From Vicugna vicugna (Eukaryota): DNA of 64,000 nt. The DNA lies in the NCBI GenBank assembly GCA_013265495.1, contig MU058065.1, positions 2,705,003-2,769,002 on the forward strand, written 5' to 3'. Every line of letters starts with the position of its first letter. Within the stretch, counting starts at the first letter, position 1. This document shows positions 11,731 through 24,339 of the stretch, piece after piece. The notes beneath the pieces were generated by a model. That model was given only the letters and a program-made list of their open reading frames with translations, was not told the DNA's origin and did not search any database. Both the position numbers and the translations under genes were made by a program.

Positions 11731-13119
11731 ACAAGAAAGTCCTTCCCAGGCTTGCCAAAGCCCTATCACAAAGATAAAATGAATCAAGACCCAGGGAGCA
11801 GAAATACAGCGGTCACACCAGAGCCTGGTTCTCAAATGTTTTACTTGCTTCCAGCCGCGTTTCTTTCAGACTAGTCCAAATCCCTTTCAGTCCTGTGTGA
11901 CTGTGCTAATTAATTGTTAACGTTAGTCTTCTATTAAAAAATCTGCAGGGCTGGAAGCCAAAAGAGGAGCGTTAAAATATTAAAAAGACCTTAAGCCTGG
12001 GGCACAAGCTGATCAGCAGCAGGAGGCAGAAAGACTATTTTCCCTGGCGCTGAGTGGCTAAATTAAGGAACCTGAGTTTACCACACTCCTTTTGAAATGC
12101 TCCTTCTGACTTGTTTGCATTTTCAAAGGCTGGACATCAAAGAGTCAGGGCCCACTGCTTTAGCGCCACTTTGGAGCATCCAGCTCCTCATCATACATAC
12201 TTACAGTGCCCTGAGAATGACATGCTTATTTCCAAACGAGACCAAAATTCACTAGAGTAAGTAAAAACTTGGGGTGAAATAGATTTAATGTCACTCTTTG
12301 CACATGGCTAAAGTGTCATTGACTCCATAAAAGACCAACTAAATAGCTCCAATGTGGCCACTCTGTAACCCGTGGTGGGTGTTACTAAATGGCGGTGGGT
12401 TGATTTTGATTCTTTAACTAGGAATAGCATTTGTTGTCTTGCTGGCTGGTAAACTGCAGATCAGAGGGAATTTGGGCAGACGAAGAGAAACAAAGTGATT
12501 TAGCAAAGACGGCTTGGTACCCTTTGTTCTCATTGACTCACATGTTTTGAAGATTGTGTTGGGGACTACGGGAGATATTTCAATAATATTAAAATGCTGA
12601 CTAGGCTGAATCATTGTTCTCTGCATGTCATTAAAAGCCAGTGAGTGGAAATACACAATGTGCCTCTTGACAGAGACAAAAGACTTAGGAGAGAGGGCTT
12701 GGTATGTCTCACGTGTTTTAAAAAATGAGGGGAAAAAAGTATTAGCGGTCCCTTAAGCAAACATGTGCTATGTTCTCAAAAAAGGATTCTGTGAGAATTT
12801 TAATCTCACCTTTGGCAATACCTCTATTCATGTTCTGAGTGCATTTATAAATACCCAGTGAAAGAAAAGGAGTTTATTTTTCAAATGGAGATGCATTCAC
12901 TTTGATTTGGGGCACTGACATAGAAAGGTACACTCTTCTTATAGAGCAAAGTCATCCAGTAACTGTAAGCCACAAGAAATTCCAGGGCACATCATCAAGA
13001 AAAAATATGCTCTTTACAGCATTGTACATGTGAGTCTCTGGGTAAGAAGTCATTGGCTCTTTATTGGGCCCACCATGTAATCTCTGCTTTGCCATGTCAT
13101 ACAATGTGTGACGGGGACC

Positions 13120-13315
13120 CTTTTGAGTGGTTCACAAACAGTCAATCATTTAATCTCCACAATATCCCCAGGAGGTAAGAATTGCTATTATTCCCACTTC
13201 ACATAGATTACTGAGCCCTGTTGTGGATAATGAATTTGCTCAGACTGCACAGCTGCAAGGATTGGAATTAGGACTCAGACCAGCCTGACTGGCTCTGGAG
13301 TTTATATTCTTAAAT
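13120..13315 (-). mobile_element. MIR SINE
   Basis: tcatttaatctccacaat...aggtaagaattgctattattcccacttcacataga is the antisense MIR core. Confidence 0.75.
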
Positions 13316-13439
13316 GTAATACCTTCCCAATGACATGCTTGACGGATTAGAAAATGAGGCTGGAAAGAAATATGCTCCTTGCACTGACAGGTTTTGAATC
13401 CTGAATGCCACTGATGCCTACTTATTTTCAGAATCACCC

Positions 13440-13590
13440 ATACAGATCTGGATCACAAAATGCTTGAACTCGTATTTGCCTATTGGTAAAACAGGATAAC
13501 AATACCTATGCTTTAAAGTTACTGAGATTAAATAATTCAGCGTATGTATAAAGTGCCTGGAACTTAGTTTACCAAATCTTCATGTTTGTT
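13440..13590 (+). mobile_element. MIR 3' fragment
   Basis: gtaaaacaggataacaataccta...gagattaaataa...tataaagtgcctggaac. Confidence 0.65.
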
Positions 13591-13639
13591 GTAACCCTGT
13601 CAGAGGTTGGGGATACAAAGCTAAGACATGGCCCATAGG

Positions 13640-13803
13640 GTCTTGGCTCCAAATGGTGGTCCTCAGGCCAACATCACCAGCATCACCAGGGTTCGTGTTA
13701 GAAATGCGCAATCTCAGGTTCCACCCCAGACCTACAAAAGCAAAATCTACATTTTTAACACCATCCCCAGGGATCTGTGTGCACATTCACATTTGAGAAG
13801 CAC
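13640..13803. mobile_element. MER5A-family hAT-Charlie MITE
   Basis: gtggtcctcagg...catcaccaggg...gttagaaatgc.aatctcagg...cccagaccta...tttgagaagcac. Confidence 0.85.
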
Positions 13804-14371
13804 AACACAGTGCACACAGATTTCACTGCCTGTGAGTTTGTTTTCCCATTTCTCTGTAACCTTTATGTACAAGGACTTCCCAAGCAGGATTCTCCGGCAA
13901 AGTGCTAATTTCAAATACTTACTCTTTTTGTCAGACTATATGCGTGTCAGATCAAGTATTCTGGTCTTGTGTTTGGAAAAAATGATCTGTGTATATGTTT
14001 TGTGTCTCAACATTTTCCAAAAGTTTTATGCTACAAAAATGCCTTTAATCTTAACTAATTCCATCATCTGCTCCATCTGTCTCGGTTCCGCCTGTCCACA
14101 TTCCTGAGGGGTTATTCTGGGGGCAGGCTGTATGATGCAGTGCCAGATCTCATGGTGGAGTTACACAATGCAGTCTTCTTTGGAGCACTTGTTTCTGCCT
14201 CCAAGAGCCCCTCAAAGGTTCAGGGAAGCCTTGAAGCAAATATACACAGAGTTTCCAAAGTTTAAATTTACCCCCCAAAATGAAATACCCATCCTTTATC
14301 ATTAAAATAAAAATGCATTTGGTTAAGGAGATTACGATGCAAAACATGGAGCCATAGAAATAGATATGCAG

Positions 14372-14580
14372 ATATAGAGGGAAAGGTTTAAAAGGTGCAA
14401 ACTATTATGCATAAAATAAACTACAAGGACATATAGTACAGCATGGGGAATGTAGCCAATATTTTATAACAACTATAGATGGAATATAACCTTAAAAATT
14501 GTGAATCATTATATTGTACACCTGTAACATATAATATTGTACAGCAACTATACTTTGATAAAAATTAATAAATAAAAAAA
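14372..14580 (+). mobile_element. 5'-truncated L1 3' end with TSD
   Basis: ataaactacaaggacatatagtacagcatggggaatgtagccaat, poly(A). TSD aaa(t/g)agatatgcag at 14358-14371 and 14579-14592. Confidence 0.85.
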
Positions 14581-14894
14581 AGAGATATGCAGTATGGGAC
14601 AAGATCTTGAGATCAGAAAGAAGCTCCAGAAAGCAGTTTCCCAGGAAAAGGAAGCAAATGCTGTTTCCTAGTAGACAATGACATAAATCAGAACAAAATG
14701 AAAACCACAAGATATTTCTTGGAGGTGAAATTGCCCCATGGATGGGATTGCATTTGGGGTACCTTAAAAAGGAGTATTGGAAAGTTACTCTAGGCAATAG
14801 ATTGCAATGAATGACATGTTCTCAGATAGATGCATCAAATCCTGCAGCCTATCCATGCCTCATTTCTCCTCTTGTACCTTTAGAGTATAACTAA

Positions 14895-15075
14895 ACATTG
14901 TAGTTTGATGCATAAAGAACACTGGTCTGGGACTCAGGAGACCCCAATTTATTCATGGCTCTGCCTTCACCTGGCATTTAACCTCTTTGTGTCTCAGTGG
15001 TCTCATCTCTTAAATGTTACAGTTTGGCAAGCTGATCTCCACAGCTGCCCCAATTCTAAATTTCTCCGATTTAAA
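14895..15075 (+). mobile_element. MIR3/MIRc SINE
   Basis: aaagaacactggtctgggactcaggagacc...tttaacctctttgtgtctcagt. Confidence 0.65.
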
Positions 15076-17721
15076 GATTTCACTGTCATCCACCCCTAGG
15101 GTGCCGCTGGCCTCAGAGCCATTCTTCTTGTTAATGAACCACACCTGTTGTTCACATTTGCTCATTTTCTGCTCAGAGTATTCAGCCCACAAGAGCATCA
15201 TTATCACGGTTCTTTGTGGTTTTAGCTTGCTAAAAGACACTGGCTCCTGTAGCAGGGAGGAGCTGAGGGAATCAGGAAAGTTTGGGGGGAAAGGAGAGAA
15301 TTAGCATTAGGACAAGAGAATGGGGAGAAACGTGGAAAGAGAGACAGTCAGGGTGTTCCAGAGAAGTCTGGTCCTGATGAGCGGAGCAGGATTACCATTG
15401 GGAGGAAAAGAGGGAGGGAGGGAGAAAAGAAAACACCAAAGTGTCAAAGAGGAGGGAGGGGAAGGCAGAGTCAGAAGCATGGCTAAGTAGACGCCAAGCA
15501 AAGGTCGTAGCCATTTAATTTCTCCCATCCTCATTTCTACCTCTACAGCAGACACACACCTCAGAAGACTAGAGTTGTTAGAAAACAGTGACCTAAGCAA
15601 TGATGTTGTTTAATGCAGACCCAACTGGCTTCTCACATCTGATGTTCTTTTCAGTGAAATGGCCCAATTTCGCTTTTGAAGATAATACCAACTTCCCTTC
15701 TCCCTCTCAAGAGAATTTGCTCTTTTCGTTTGGTATCTTGAATAGTCCTTGTGCTACAAAAGGCAGAGTTCACATTTATGTAAGAAAAGTGCTTATTTCA
15801 TGTGGTTTGATACAAGAGCAGTGTTTTAGCTGGAAGCCCAGAGCCTCAATTGATTTCAAGGAAACCTAGTGCTATTGACACAGTGCTTCCTGCTGCGCTT
15901 TCTAGAAGCAAGAAATTCAGCTGAAAACAGGATACACCAGCATCCATCAAAGGAGCAGCTGCAAAGAAACTGAAATATGATGAGAGAGCCAAGATCTGAG
16001 TTCCTTCCCATGCTTTGACATAAAGTTATTGTTTGGTCTTGAGAAAGTCAACTCTCTGAGCATATACAAAAAGGATGGAAAAATATCAGGACTTATTTCC
16101 TTGAGGATGTTGCAAGTTTCCATCAATCTCCTTGGATATGTGTATTGTCTTGGTACATATGACTTTCTCCTTCCTGATATCCCCTCATCAAATAAGAAAT
16201 ACTATCCTCTCACATTTCAAGTGAAAATTGCTTTACCAGGATATGTCATTTCCAATTCAATTTGAAGAGAAACAAATATGTTTCAATAATATAAGGAGAG
16301 ATCTTACTGCACAGGATTTGGGGGAAAAAAAACCTTGAAAATTTATTTGGTCTTCAAGAAAGACACGAATCGAAATTGATACAAAGGTTACATTATAGAA
16401 TTCAGAGAGAAAATTGGCTCTTTCTATTATATTTCACTGTAACTAGGATTTGCCCAATAAAATATTTAATTGACATAATAATTTTGTACATATATTGGTA
16501 ATTCTAAAATATTTAAATTCAGTTCATTTTCTTTAAATCTTTGTTTGCATGATGGCTCTACTTAGCAAATCATCTTTCCCCCCTCAGAGTGAAAGCAATA
16601 GAAGAATATCAGGCAATAGTTTGGGAAAATTATCACAAATTTTGAATGTGGAGTCTGAATTCCTAAAATTTTTCATCAATTCCTACAATTACAGTGAAAA
16701 GAGATCTTAGAAAACATTTTCCTCAGATTTTTATTTCACAAATAGAAGAATTTAAACTCATAAAATCAAGTTAATTGCCTTCAGTTATATGAACAATATA
16801 TGGAAAGGTCAGAATTCAAACCCCTTTTCATTAGACCATCCTGTCTCATTGAAAGATGCTCCTTATTGATAGTGAGAAAAAAAATGATATTTCCACTTAC
16901 AATTCCGGAATGAATTGGGGACTACAATGGTCACGGACAGCTATTGACATCAACAAGGAGTAAGTTGTAGGTTACTTTGCATTGGTCCAAGATAAAAATG
17001 AGGAAAAAATTGTCTAACAGTGAAAAGAGGATGTTAGTAGGGAAGACAGTATTGGCTCTTTTTTTTTTTCCACTGCTTGCTTCTCTTTCTCTCCCTACAC
17101 TAATAATGTGGCACTTTAACTAGGGGACCTCTGGTTGTTGTTCCCTTAATAGAGGCAATGACTTCTCCAGCTGGCTGCTTTCAACTTCTCCCTTATCATC
17201 CAGAATTCCTAACAACTCATTCTTTTGTTAGAGTCATGCCCTTCCAGATCATCTTCTTGGCAGAGGTTCACTTCATGATGACCCTAAGCATGCTCTGTTC
17301 TAGGGGTTCATATCTGATAAGAAGGAATCTTCAGTCCACATTGAGTAGAAGTATAGCTCACTACCAATGCAGCCTTCTCTCTCTTTGCTCTGTCATCTCC
17401 AACCAGCCTTCTACCCTCTCCAGTTTAGAGTAGAATCACACCTGTCTGCATCCCTCAAACTCAATGTCACACTCTCTGAGCAGTTTTTCTTGATATTTTT
17501 TCTCCCATTTATTTTAAAGTGAAAGAGACGCACACTCATCTCTCTGAGGTGAGGCTGCACAGAACACCGAAAGCCCTCCCTATAAAGTCCTCATTGCAGG
17601 CCATTTCCACCTCTTTTCCTTAACCTGTCTGAGTTGCAAGTTTTAGTTTATAAGATGGAGATAACCATATCACCAAACTTTCAGGAATATTCTGAGGATG
17701 ACATAAGATAAATAATGTGTC

Positions 17722-17921
17722 GGGGGGAGGGTATAGCTCAAGTGGTAAAGCACATGCTTAGCGTGCATGAGGTCCTGGGTTCAATCCCCAGTACCTCCTC
17801 TAAAAATAAATAAACCTAATTACTTCCCCCCCAAATAAAATAATTAAATAATACAATGATAAATAAATAAAATATAAATAAAATAAAATAAATAAAATAT
17901 AAAAAGAAACAACTCAAAATA
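17722..17921 (+). mobile_element. tRNA-Ala-derived camelid SINE (vic-1-like), copy 3, inserted in a MIR
   Basis: ggggggagggtatagctcaagtggtaaagcacatgcttagcgtgcatgaggtcctgggttcaatccccagtacctcc carries A/B boxes and a long A-rich tail. The 17-bp TSD aagat(a/t)aataatgtgtc lies at 17705-17721 and 17922-17938. Confidence 0.95.
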
Positions 17922-18786
17922 AAGATTAATAATGTGTCAGTGCTTTAAAAATCATAACATTCTAGATACATTTCAATTATTATATTATTTTTCATTGCAG
18001 TTTCATCCAAAAATTCAACTAATTTTTAATCAAATATAGACCCAATATTTGCCCCCAAGTCTCTCTCTCTTTACTGACTTTCTTCCTTCATTCTTATTTC
18101 TTCCCTAGAATCCAATCCCATTTAAATGCCCTAGCAGTTTGAAGTGTAAAGATATGGATGTACGTGTATAGTCTATAATTTGCAAATCCCTGCATAAATC
18201 TCTGATTTCAGGGTTTTCTAACCAAGCCAACAAAATTACTATACTTGTTTGGCACTGTTAAGCTCAGCCTGGGACTAATCACTTTTCCCTTCATTATACA
18301 ACATTGATGTGCTTTGAGAATAGAAAAATATTATGATTTCAGTTGTTACAGATGGTGTTTTCTTCACTCTTTCAAAATAATTTTGGTTTTGGAGTTTAAA
18401 AAAAAAACAATATAGCATTACCCAACATGGCATGATAGGGAAGAAATTTAGTGAGTTTCATGCGCTTTCTCACATGATGTAATGAGGGTCAAGCAAATTG
18501 AAGAGGAAAGTCAAATAGTTATGTAATGCATTGGTACTATGTTTTAAGGAAGTTATAAATATATAGGAGGAATTTGCTTTGTGTCTATAGACCAATCAGT
18601 GTTTAGCTCTACAGAGCCTTTAGAATATGGGTTGGGTGTCTGTAGATTCCACTGTGTCCACTGAATCCAGAGATTGCTTGTACAAGGTAACTTCTACTTA
18701 CCTCTTGTAGATCTTCAAGATCTGGGAACCAAAGCGATTATCACTGATCAGCTGGTGACAAGATTTATCCTTTTATTCAGCTTTGG

Positions 18787-19028
18787 ATAGTGGTTAATAC
18801 TTCAGGCTCTAAAGACAAGCTGCCTGACTCAAATTCTGGGTACTATCTGTGTGATCTCAGGAATATCCTTTAACCTTTCTGTGCCTCAGCTTCTTTATCT
18901 GCAAAATGGGGCTATCTTGTCAGTAAAATAGGATTGCTGTGACTACTAAGTTAAATTAATATGTATAAAGCAATAATAAAAATGCTTCATGTGTAGTAAT
19001 TGCTCATTAAATGTTAGTTATTATGATT
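18787..19028 (+). mobile_element. MIR SINE, near full length
   Basis: atagtggttaa...tgtgtgatctcagg...ctgtgcctcagcttctttatctgcaaaatgggg...ctcattaaatgttagttatta. Confidence 0.85.
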
Positions 19029-19029
19029 A

Positions 19030-19580
19030 AGTGAATATTCAACACTTACTATGTGGTCAGTGCTGGTCTTAGGACATGGGTGTAAAATGATGGAAGATAA
19101 ACAAAACAATGACTCAGCTCTCCTGGAACTTACAGGTCTGGGAGACAGACATTAAAACTCACATATAAGTGTGAAATATCTCATGTGTGCTAAAAATGAG
19201 AGATCTAATGAGGTATAAAAGGGAGATGATCAGGACCGGCAGGTTGGAGAAATGTTTCCTGAGTATGTGCTGACTTAGCTAAGATCTGAAAGGTAAGAAG
19301 GAGATAAGAGGAGAGAACACTCTAGGCAGAAAGTATAGCATGTGTACAAGTTCACTTGTGAGAATGTGAGAATGTGACAGCCCAGGTGAGCCATAATGGA
19401 CTAAGATGATAGGAAGGGAGGTGGAAAGAAGTCAGTGATGAGACAGATATTTAGAGGTAGAATCCCTGGGACACGGATTGGATAAGATATACAAGGGAAA
19501 AGGAGGCAGCAGGGCTTTTCCTAAGACTCTAGAATGTAAACCAGGTTGACTGATGATGCCATTCTCTAGAAAGTGAGAAG
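19030..19580 (-). mobile_element. L2 LINE 3' region
   Basis: cacttactatgtggtcagtgctg...ctcctggaacttacag...ttctaggcagaaagtatagcatgtgtacaag is antisense L2. Confidence 0.75.
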
Positions 19581-19724
19581 TGAAGCCTGAGATTTTTATC
19601 CTATTATTTGTTTTGAAAAGGTGCATGCTGAGGCTATGCCTCATCCATTATATGGCTTTTACTAATGGTGAAAGGGAGAAGGTGATTAAAATTATTTGTA
19701 CCTCCTTACAATGGCCTAAGGACA

Positions 19725-20060
19725 ATATTTGCTCTTGTATCACATAGGAATGCTGAAACTTTGAATAACGGAAAACATGAGCCTAAAGGGGCCATTGATT
19801 CCACATAATAAGAAGTCTTGAGAAAATGACTCTAGGTCAGCTCTAGCTGCTAAAGAATATCATAATGGAATCAGACTCTTTTCTGTTTTCCTTCTGTGCC
19901 AGTGTTAGTATGTGGCTCTATGCTCATGGTTCTAATATGGCTGCTCCACATCCGGGCATTAAAACTTCTCTTCAAACAGGAAAAGAGAGGTAGGACCAAA
20001 ATTTTTGTTTATGAGAAGGAAACCCTTCTCAGGAGACTTCCATGTATAACCCTCTGAAAA
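19725..20060 (-). mobile_element. Old MaLR (MLT1-type) LTR remnant
   Basis: cacataataagaagtc...aatatggctgctccacatccgggcat. Confidence 0.5.
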
Positions 20061-20149
20061 ATGGTTAGAAAGAAGGGGTTTGGAACAGGATTGGATCAGA
20101 CAACCAACAGTTTCTGCCACAGTTCTTTTGCATATTTTAGTTAATTTAA

Positions 20150-20297
20150 CCTTTATATTATCTGAGTACATATTTTGAAACTGAGGCTTAGAGATTTTGA
20201 GTAAGTTGCTTGAAATTAACAAAATGTCATAAGCCGGGGTTCAAACTTTGCACTTCTTAACCCCAAGGCCCACATGCTTCCAATCACGCCACACTGT
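20150..20297 (-). mobile_element. MIR SINE
   Basis: gaaactgaggcttagaga...taagttgcttgaa...gccggggttcaaac. Confidence 0.75.
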
Positions 20298-21648
20298 AAA
20301 AGTAAGTACCTTTAAAAATTCTAGACCACGTAAGTTAAAAAGCAGAAACAAATTATTTTATACAATAGTGTATGGAGACTATTTGAAGGTATAACCACAA
20401 GAGTGTGAGTTTTTTTTTCATAGCCCAAGGGCACACATATATACATTAAGCAAAATGCATAATGACATCCTGAAAAAGCCTTCCATGAGGTTAACAAGGT
20501 AACTTTGATGGCTTCTGTTTCACCAGTTTTATTCCATAGTAAAATCTTAGAGGAAAGACACATTGCCAATAAAGCTGTATAATAAGAAGAGCTGAAAAAT
20601 AGCAGCTGTGTTTAGAACTGATGGACAACTCCTTGAAAGCATAAAATGCTAAATAATAATAATAATTAAAAGCCAGCAAATGGAAGATTTAAAAGAAAAA
20701 GTAAGCTTGTAAGTGGGAGAGCAAGTACGTATTTATTCCATGTGTCCTGTGTCCTCTCAGGATCTGCTTTTTTTTTCCCAAGTATGTAGAAACCAGGGCT
20801 TGCATTTAGCTTTTTCATATGACTTGAAACACGCAAATCACATTGTCAAGCTAATGTGTGATTTGCCTGTATATTTTGAAAGTTAAAATTGTCATCTACA
20901 TTCTCTACCTGACTATCTCTGTGGTTTACATCAGAGGGAATATTTTGCTCATTTATCCCAGTTGCCAAGTGCTGCCATTGCGTCTGGAAAAAAAAATCAG
21001 AAATAATCCAATTTGCTTTGCTCCTATTTTTGTAAATGAAAGCATTATCAAGTAAGAGACAGGATAGAGAGGGAGATTTGCTAATTGCTATCCAAAATCA
21101 GCTAGATTCAGTTGGGAAGGAATAATTCCTTCTATAAATCTGTGGATGTCTAGAGCATAATCTGCCAAACGAGCTGCCCAGATCTTCACCTCATGAAGAC
21201 AGAGCTTTTTAAAGTAAAAATGGAAATTTCTAACATGGAGCTGAAAATATCTATAGGTAAAATTCTGTCACAGCAAATACCATTTCAAAAAATAATTCTG
21301 CCCATAAACTTTTCTTTTTCTTTTTTTCAACTTTTATTCCATAAGTGAGGAAGGTGAAAAGAGAGCTAATTTTTTTTGTCTCTTCCATGTTCCAGTTACT
21401 GCAACCCCTCACTTATGCCCCTTTTAGAGGTACGAAAATTGAGTCTTAGTTGAGTTATGCAACTTATTCAAAGTTGTAAGATTCATCAGCAGAAGTACTG
21501 AAAATTGAACTGATATCTAGATGACTTAAAATCATTTTGTATAAGCCAGCCTAACAGCATTTACAACTTCCCATAGCAGAAGTAGAGAAGTAAATGTTAG
21601 ATGGCTGAGAGTGAACAAAGCTAGGGTGCAGGAAAAACGGGAACTCAC

Positions 21649-21832
21649 CTGCGGACGGATGGTCAGACAGCTAGGCGGAGGTCAGGACTCTGGACAGCTC
21701 TGGATTGCTTTGGAAGTTCCTTTCTTCTTTCTCTCTGTCACAGTCTGCTTTGTTCTTTTTATAACAGTTCTCATTATTGCTTAAATTCTGCTAATACTAT
21801 TTGCTTGTATATAATTTCATTTGCATATGCAA
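21649..21832 (-). promoter_or_regulatory. Candidate Pol II promoter (octamer/MORE-like, FOX, C/EBP, TATA) with non-coding first exon
   Basis: On the minus strand: ATGCAAAT (21819-21826) overlapping palindrome TTGCATATGCAA, TATAAAAAG (21763-21755), ~85-90 nt of ATG-free sequence, then consensus donor CAG|GTGAGT at 21649/21648. Confidence 0.5.
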
Positions 21833-21846
21833 TATAATTGCAACAT

Positions 21847-22050
21847 GAGGAGGCAACATGTTATATTGGATGTGGAGTTTGGGTATGAACCTGAATCTGT
21901 AACTTACAGTGAGATATTAGACAGATTATAGAACCTAATGTTGCTTCCTCTCGCCTCATAAACAGAGAGCATAGCTTAATTCATGAAATAATAGTGCCTA
22001 ATTTTATGCCCAGCACATTACAATAGGTACTTAGAACAATATTTTCTCCT
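21847..22050 (+). mobile_element. MIR SINE, degenerate
   Basis: gaggcaacatg...tgcccagcacattacaataggtactta. Confidence 0.5.
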
Positions 22051-22084
22051 TCCCTCCCACGTGTCCTTTTCAAGGAAGAGTCTA

Positions 22085-22560
22085 TGCAATAGTCAGGCTT
22101 CATTTGGTTACAAGTGACAGGAAAACAGAGAGACAGATGAAACTAGATTAGGCCAAATAAGGAAATTCATTGGTTCATATAACTGAAAAATCAAAAGGTA
22201 TTATTTTCGTCCAGGCATAGCTCAGTCCAGGGATACAGGGCTCTCATGCTTTCCACCTCTCAAGCAGGGTCCTCCCACATGAGAAGTCTTCTGTGATTGC
22301 TCCAGCAGAAAAGGTGGGATTGTGATGGGGATCCATTCATTTTCTGCATTCTCAAACCTTGGAGAATTTGCTGATCAATAGTCATTCCTTTGTTCATCAC
22401 CCACTAGTGCTAAAGTATTTTTATCAAGAAATAAGTTTCTTATGGTAGTGTTTATCCTTGTCCAAGCCACATAGAATGGGTACCACAAAGAAAAAAAAAG
22501 TGAGAAGGGACTCAGTTACTAGAAGAAAGAAAAGAGGCTAAGTAGAAACAACTAGTGGCC
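22085..22560 (-). mobile_element. Old MaLR (MLT1K/L-type) LTR
   Basis: tagtcaggcttcatttggttacaagtgacaggaaa...aaggaaattcattggttcatataactgaaaa. Confidence 0.6.
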
Positions 22561-23437
22561 GCTTCAATAGGTTCCCTATGTATCTCTGATTTGGGGGAAT
22601 TTGGGTTAGTTTCAGAAAAAAAAAAGAAAATCAATCACTACTAAATGTCTTGGATTAAAAAAAACTTGACTTGTGATATAGTCAATAAATAATTGAACAA
22701 GTAAATAATTTACTGTGAAGTTCTCAGAGACTAAAAGCACACTGTGGTTTCAGTGAAGCCAGGCCCTGGTAGAAGAAGGATGATGTGGACTTGCCAGGAA
22801 GGGCATGGCTAATGCTCTTTTCCCTGAGTTCCCAGCTCTCTTTTGCTGTAAGGACCAATGTCCTGTGAAGAGTCAAACTCTGGCAAACTCTAACCAATCA
22901 GGCTACATCAGGGTCTCAGCCACAGCCTCTGATACAAGCTCTTTCCATAAAGGATTTAACACTATGATGTCATTTTGGCCACATTCCACAGCAGGAGAAG
23001 GCTCAGGCTAAGAAAGTCTGAATGAACTGTGAAATATTAGGCAAATCACATAACCTAACTTTGTCTCCTCTCTCCTCATAAAATGTTAAGCTTAGTGCCT
23101 GGCTTATAGATAAGGGCTCAATAACCTTTACCTCCTTCTTCCACAAGCTATGAAATTATCATAATTTACTCTTGGTGAGAATTAGCCTTTATGATATCAT
23201 AGCCAGAGCAGTCTATAAGCTGTGCCTTTGCTATTACCAACTGTGCGTGTAAGGTGTCTTCTTGGTAGATACAGTCTTGGGAACAGAGCTCTCACCATTA
23301 ATTCTTATTTTGGTGCTGCACTGCATCAACCCACCCATCCAATACGTCATCACAGCAAGAATACATTTTTTTTATATTTACATTTTTACTCTTCTTTTCT
23401 TTTGACAGTGTTTTACAAACTTAAAAAAATGTAAACT

Positions 23438-23910
23438 CCAGTCACATAAGGACAAATACTGTATGAATCTACTTCTGAGTTAGCTAAAATCGTCAAACTC
23501 ATAGAAGCAAAGAATAGAATGCTGATTACCAGAGGCTGAGGTAGGGAAAAACAGACGTAAACTCTCAACTATGCAAGATGAGTAAGTTTAGAGATCCGCT
23601 GTAGAGCATAGTGCCTACTGTCAACACTACTGTATCATGCACATGGAAAATTATTAAGATGGTAGAATTCTCAGGTTAAGCGTGCTTATGTCTTCTCCCC
23701 AAAACAAACAAATACACACACACACAAAACAACAACAAAAGGACTCAAAGAAACATTTGGAGGCATTGGATATGTCTACTACCTTTATTGTGATGATGGT
23801 TTAATCAGAGTCTGTATTATGTCCAAGCTCATTAAATTGTGCACGTTACAGATGTGATTGTATACCAATTAGGTTGTTAAAAATAAAATAAAATATCTTT
23901 TTTTAAAAAA
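23438..23910 (+). mobile_element. L1MA/MB-type 3' UTR
   Basis: ccagtcacataaggacaaatactgtatga...gtcaaactcatagaagca...ttgtgatgatggttt, A tail. Confidence 0.85.
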
Positions 23911-24339
23911 GAAGAAGATGTAAGTACATAAGATTATATCTAGATGCCCAGCTCGCACAGCCATTCTTAAAATCTACCATCATTTTGGGTATGCTTTCAG
24001 GGTGCAACTCACTTCTATATTATCTAGTTCCTTACTGGAATTGCCCTAAAGTGAGTTCCTAAAATATCTACCTGTTTTCAGGCATTCTTCTTGTGAGCCA
24101 TTGTCCATTTGTCCCTCCACATGTAAGCCCAGGTTCCTGAATCATTCTTGATCCCATTGCTCTTCAAATCTCAGAAATAGAAAATTATGTCCAGTTTTCA
24201 CCACCAATCAAGTTGTCAATAATATACCTCTATCCACTGGAAACAATTAATAATGCACACATACAGAACAGCATTATGTATGGGAAGCTGGAGGCAAGAC
24301 ATATATTCTTCAGTGTCCCTTTAGTCCATTCAGGTTTGT

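Noticed and set aside
13628..14107. Longest ORF (159 aa), and the 143-aa ORF at 24213-24644
   Set aside because: They overlap MER5A and LTR16-like repeats and show no recognisable protein domain.
17722..17800. tRNA-Ala(AGC) gene, and likewise the copies at 8285-8360 and 8445-8520
   Set aside because: The extra 5' G-rich leader, A-rich tail, TSD and lack of a T-run terminator mark these as SINE heads.
20837..20856. miR-23-like seed ATCACATTG in a hairpin
   Set aside because: Similarity fades after 9 nt, and the hairpin is too short, with the seed on the wrong arm, for a pre-miRNA.
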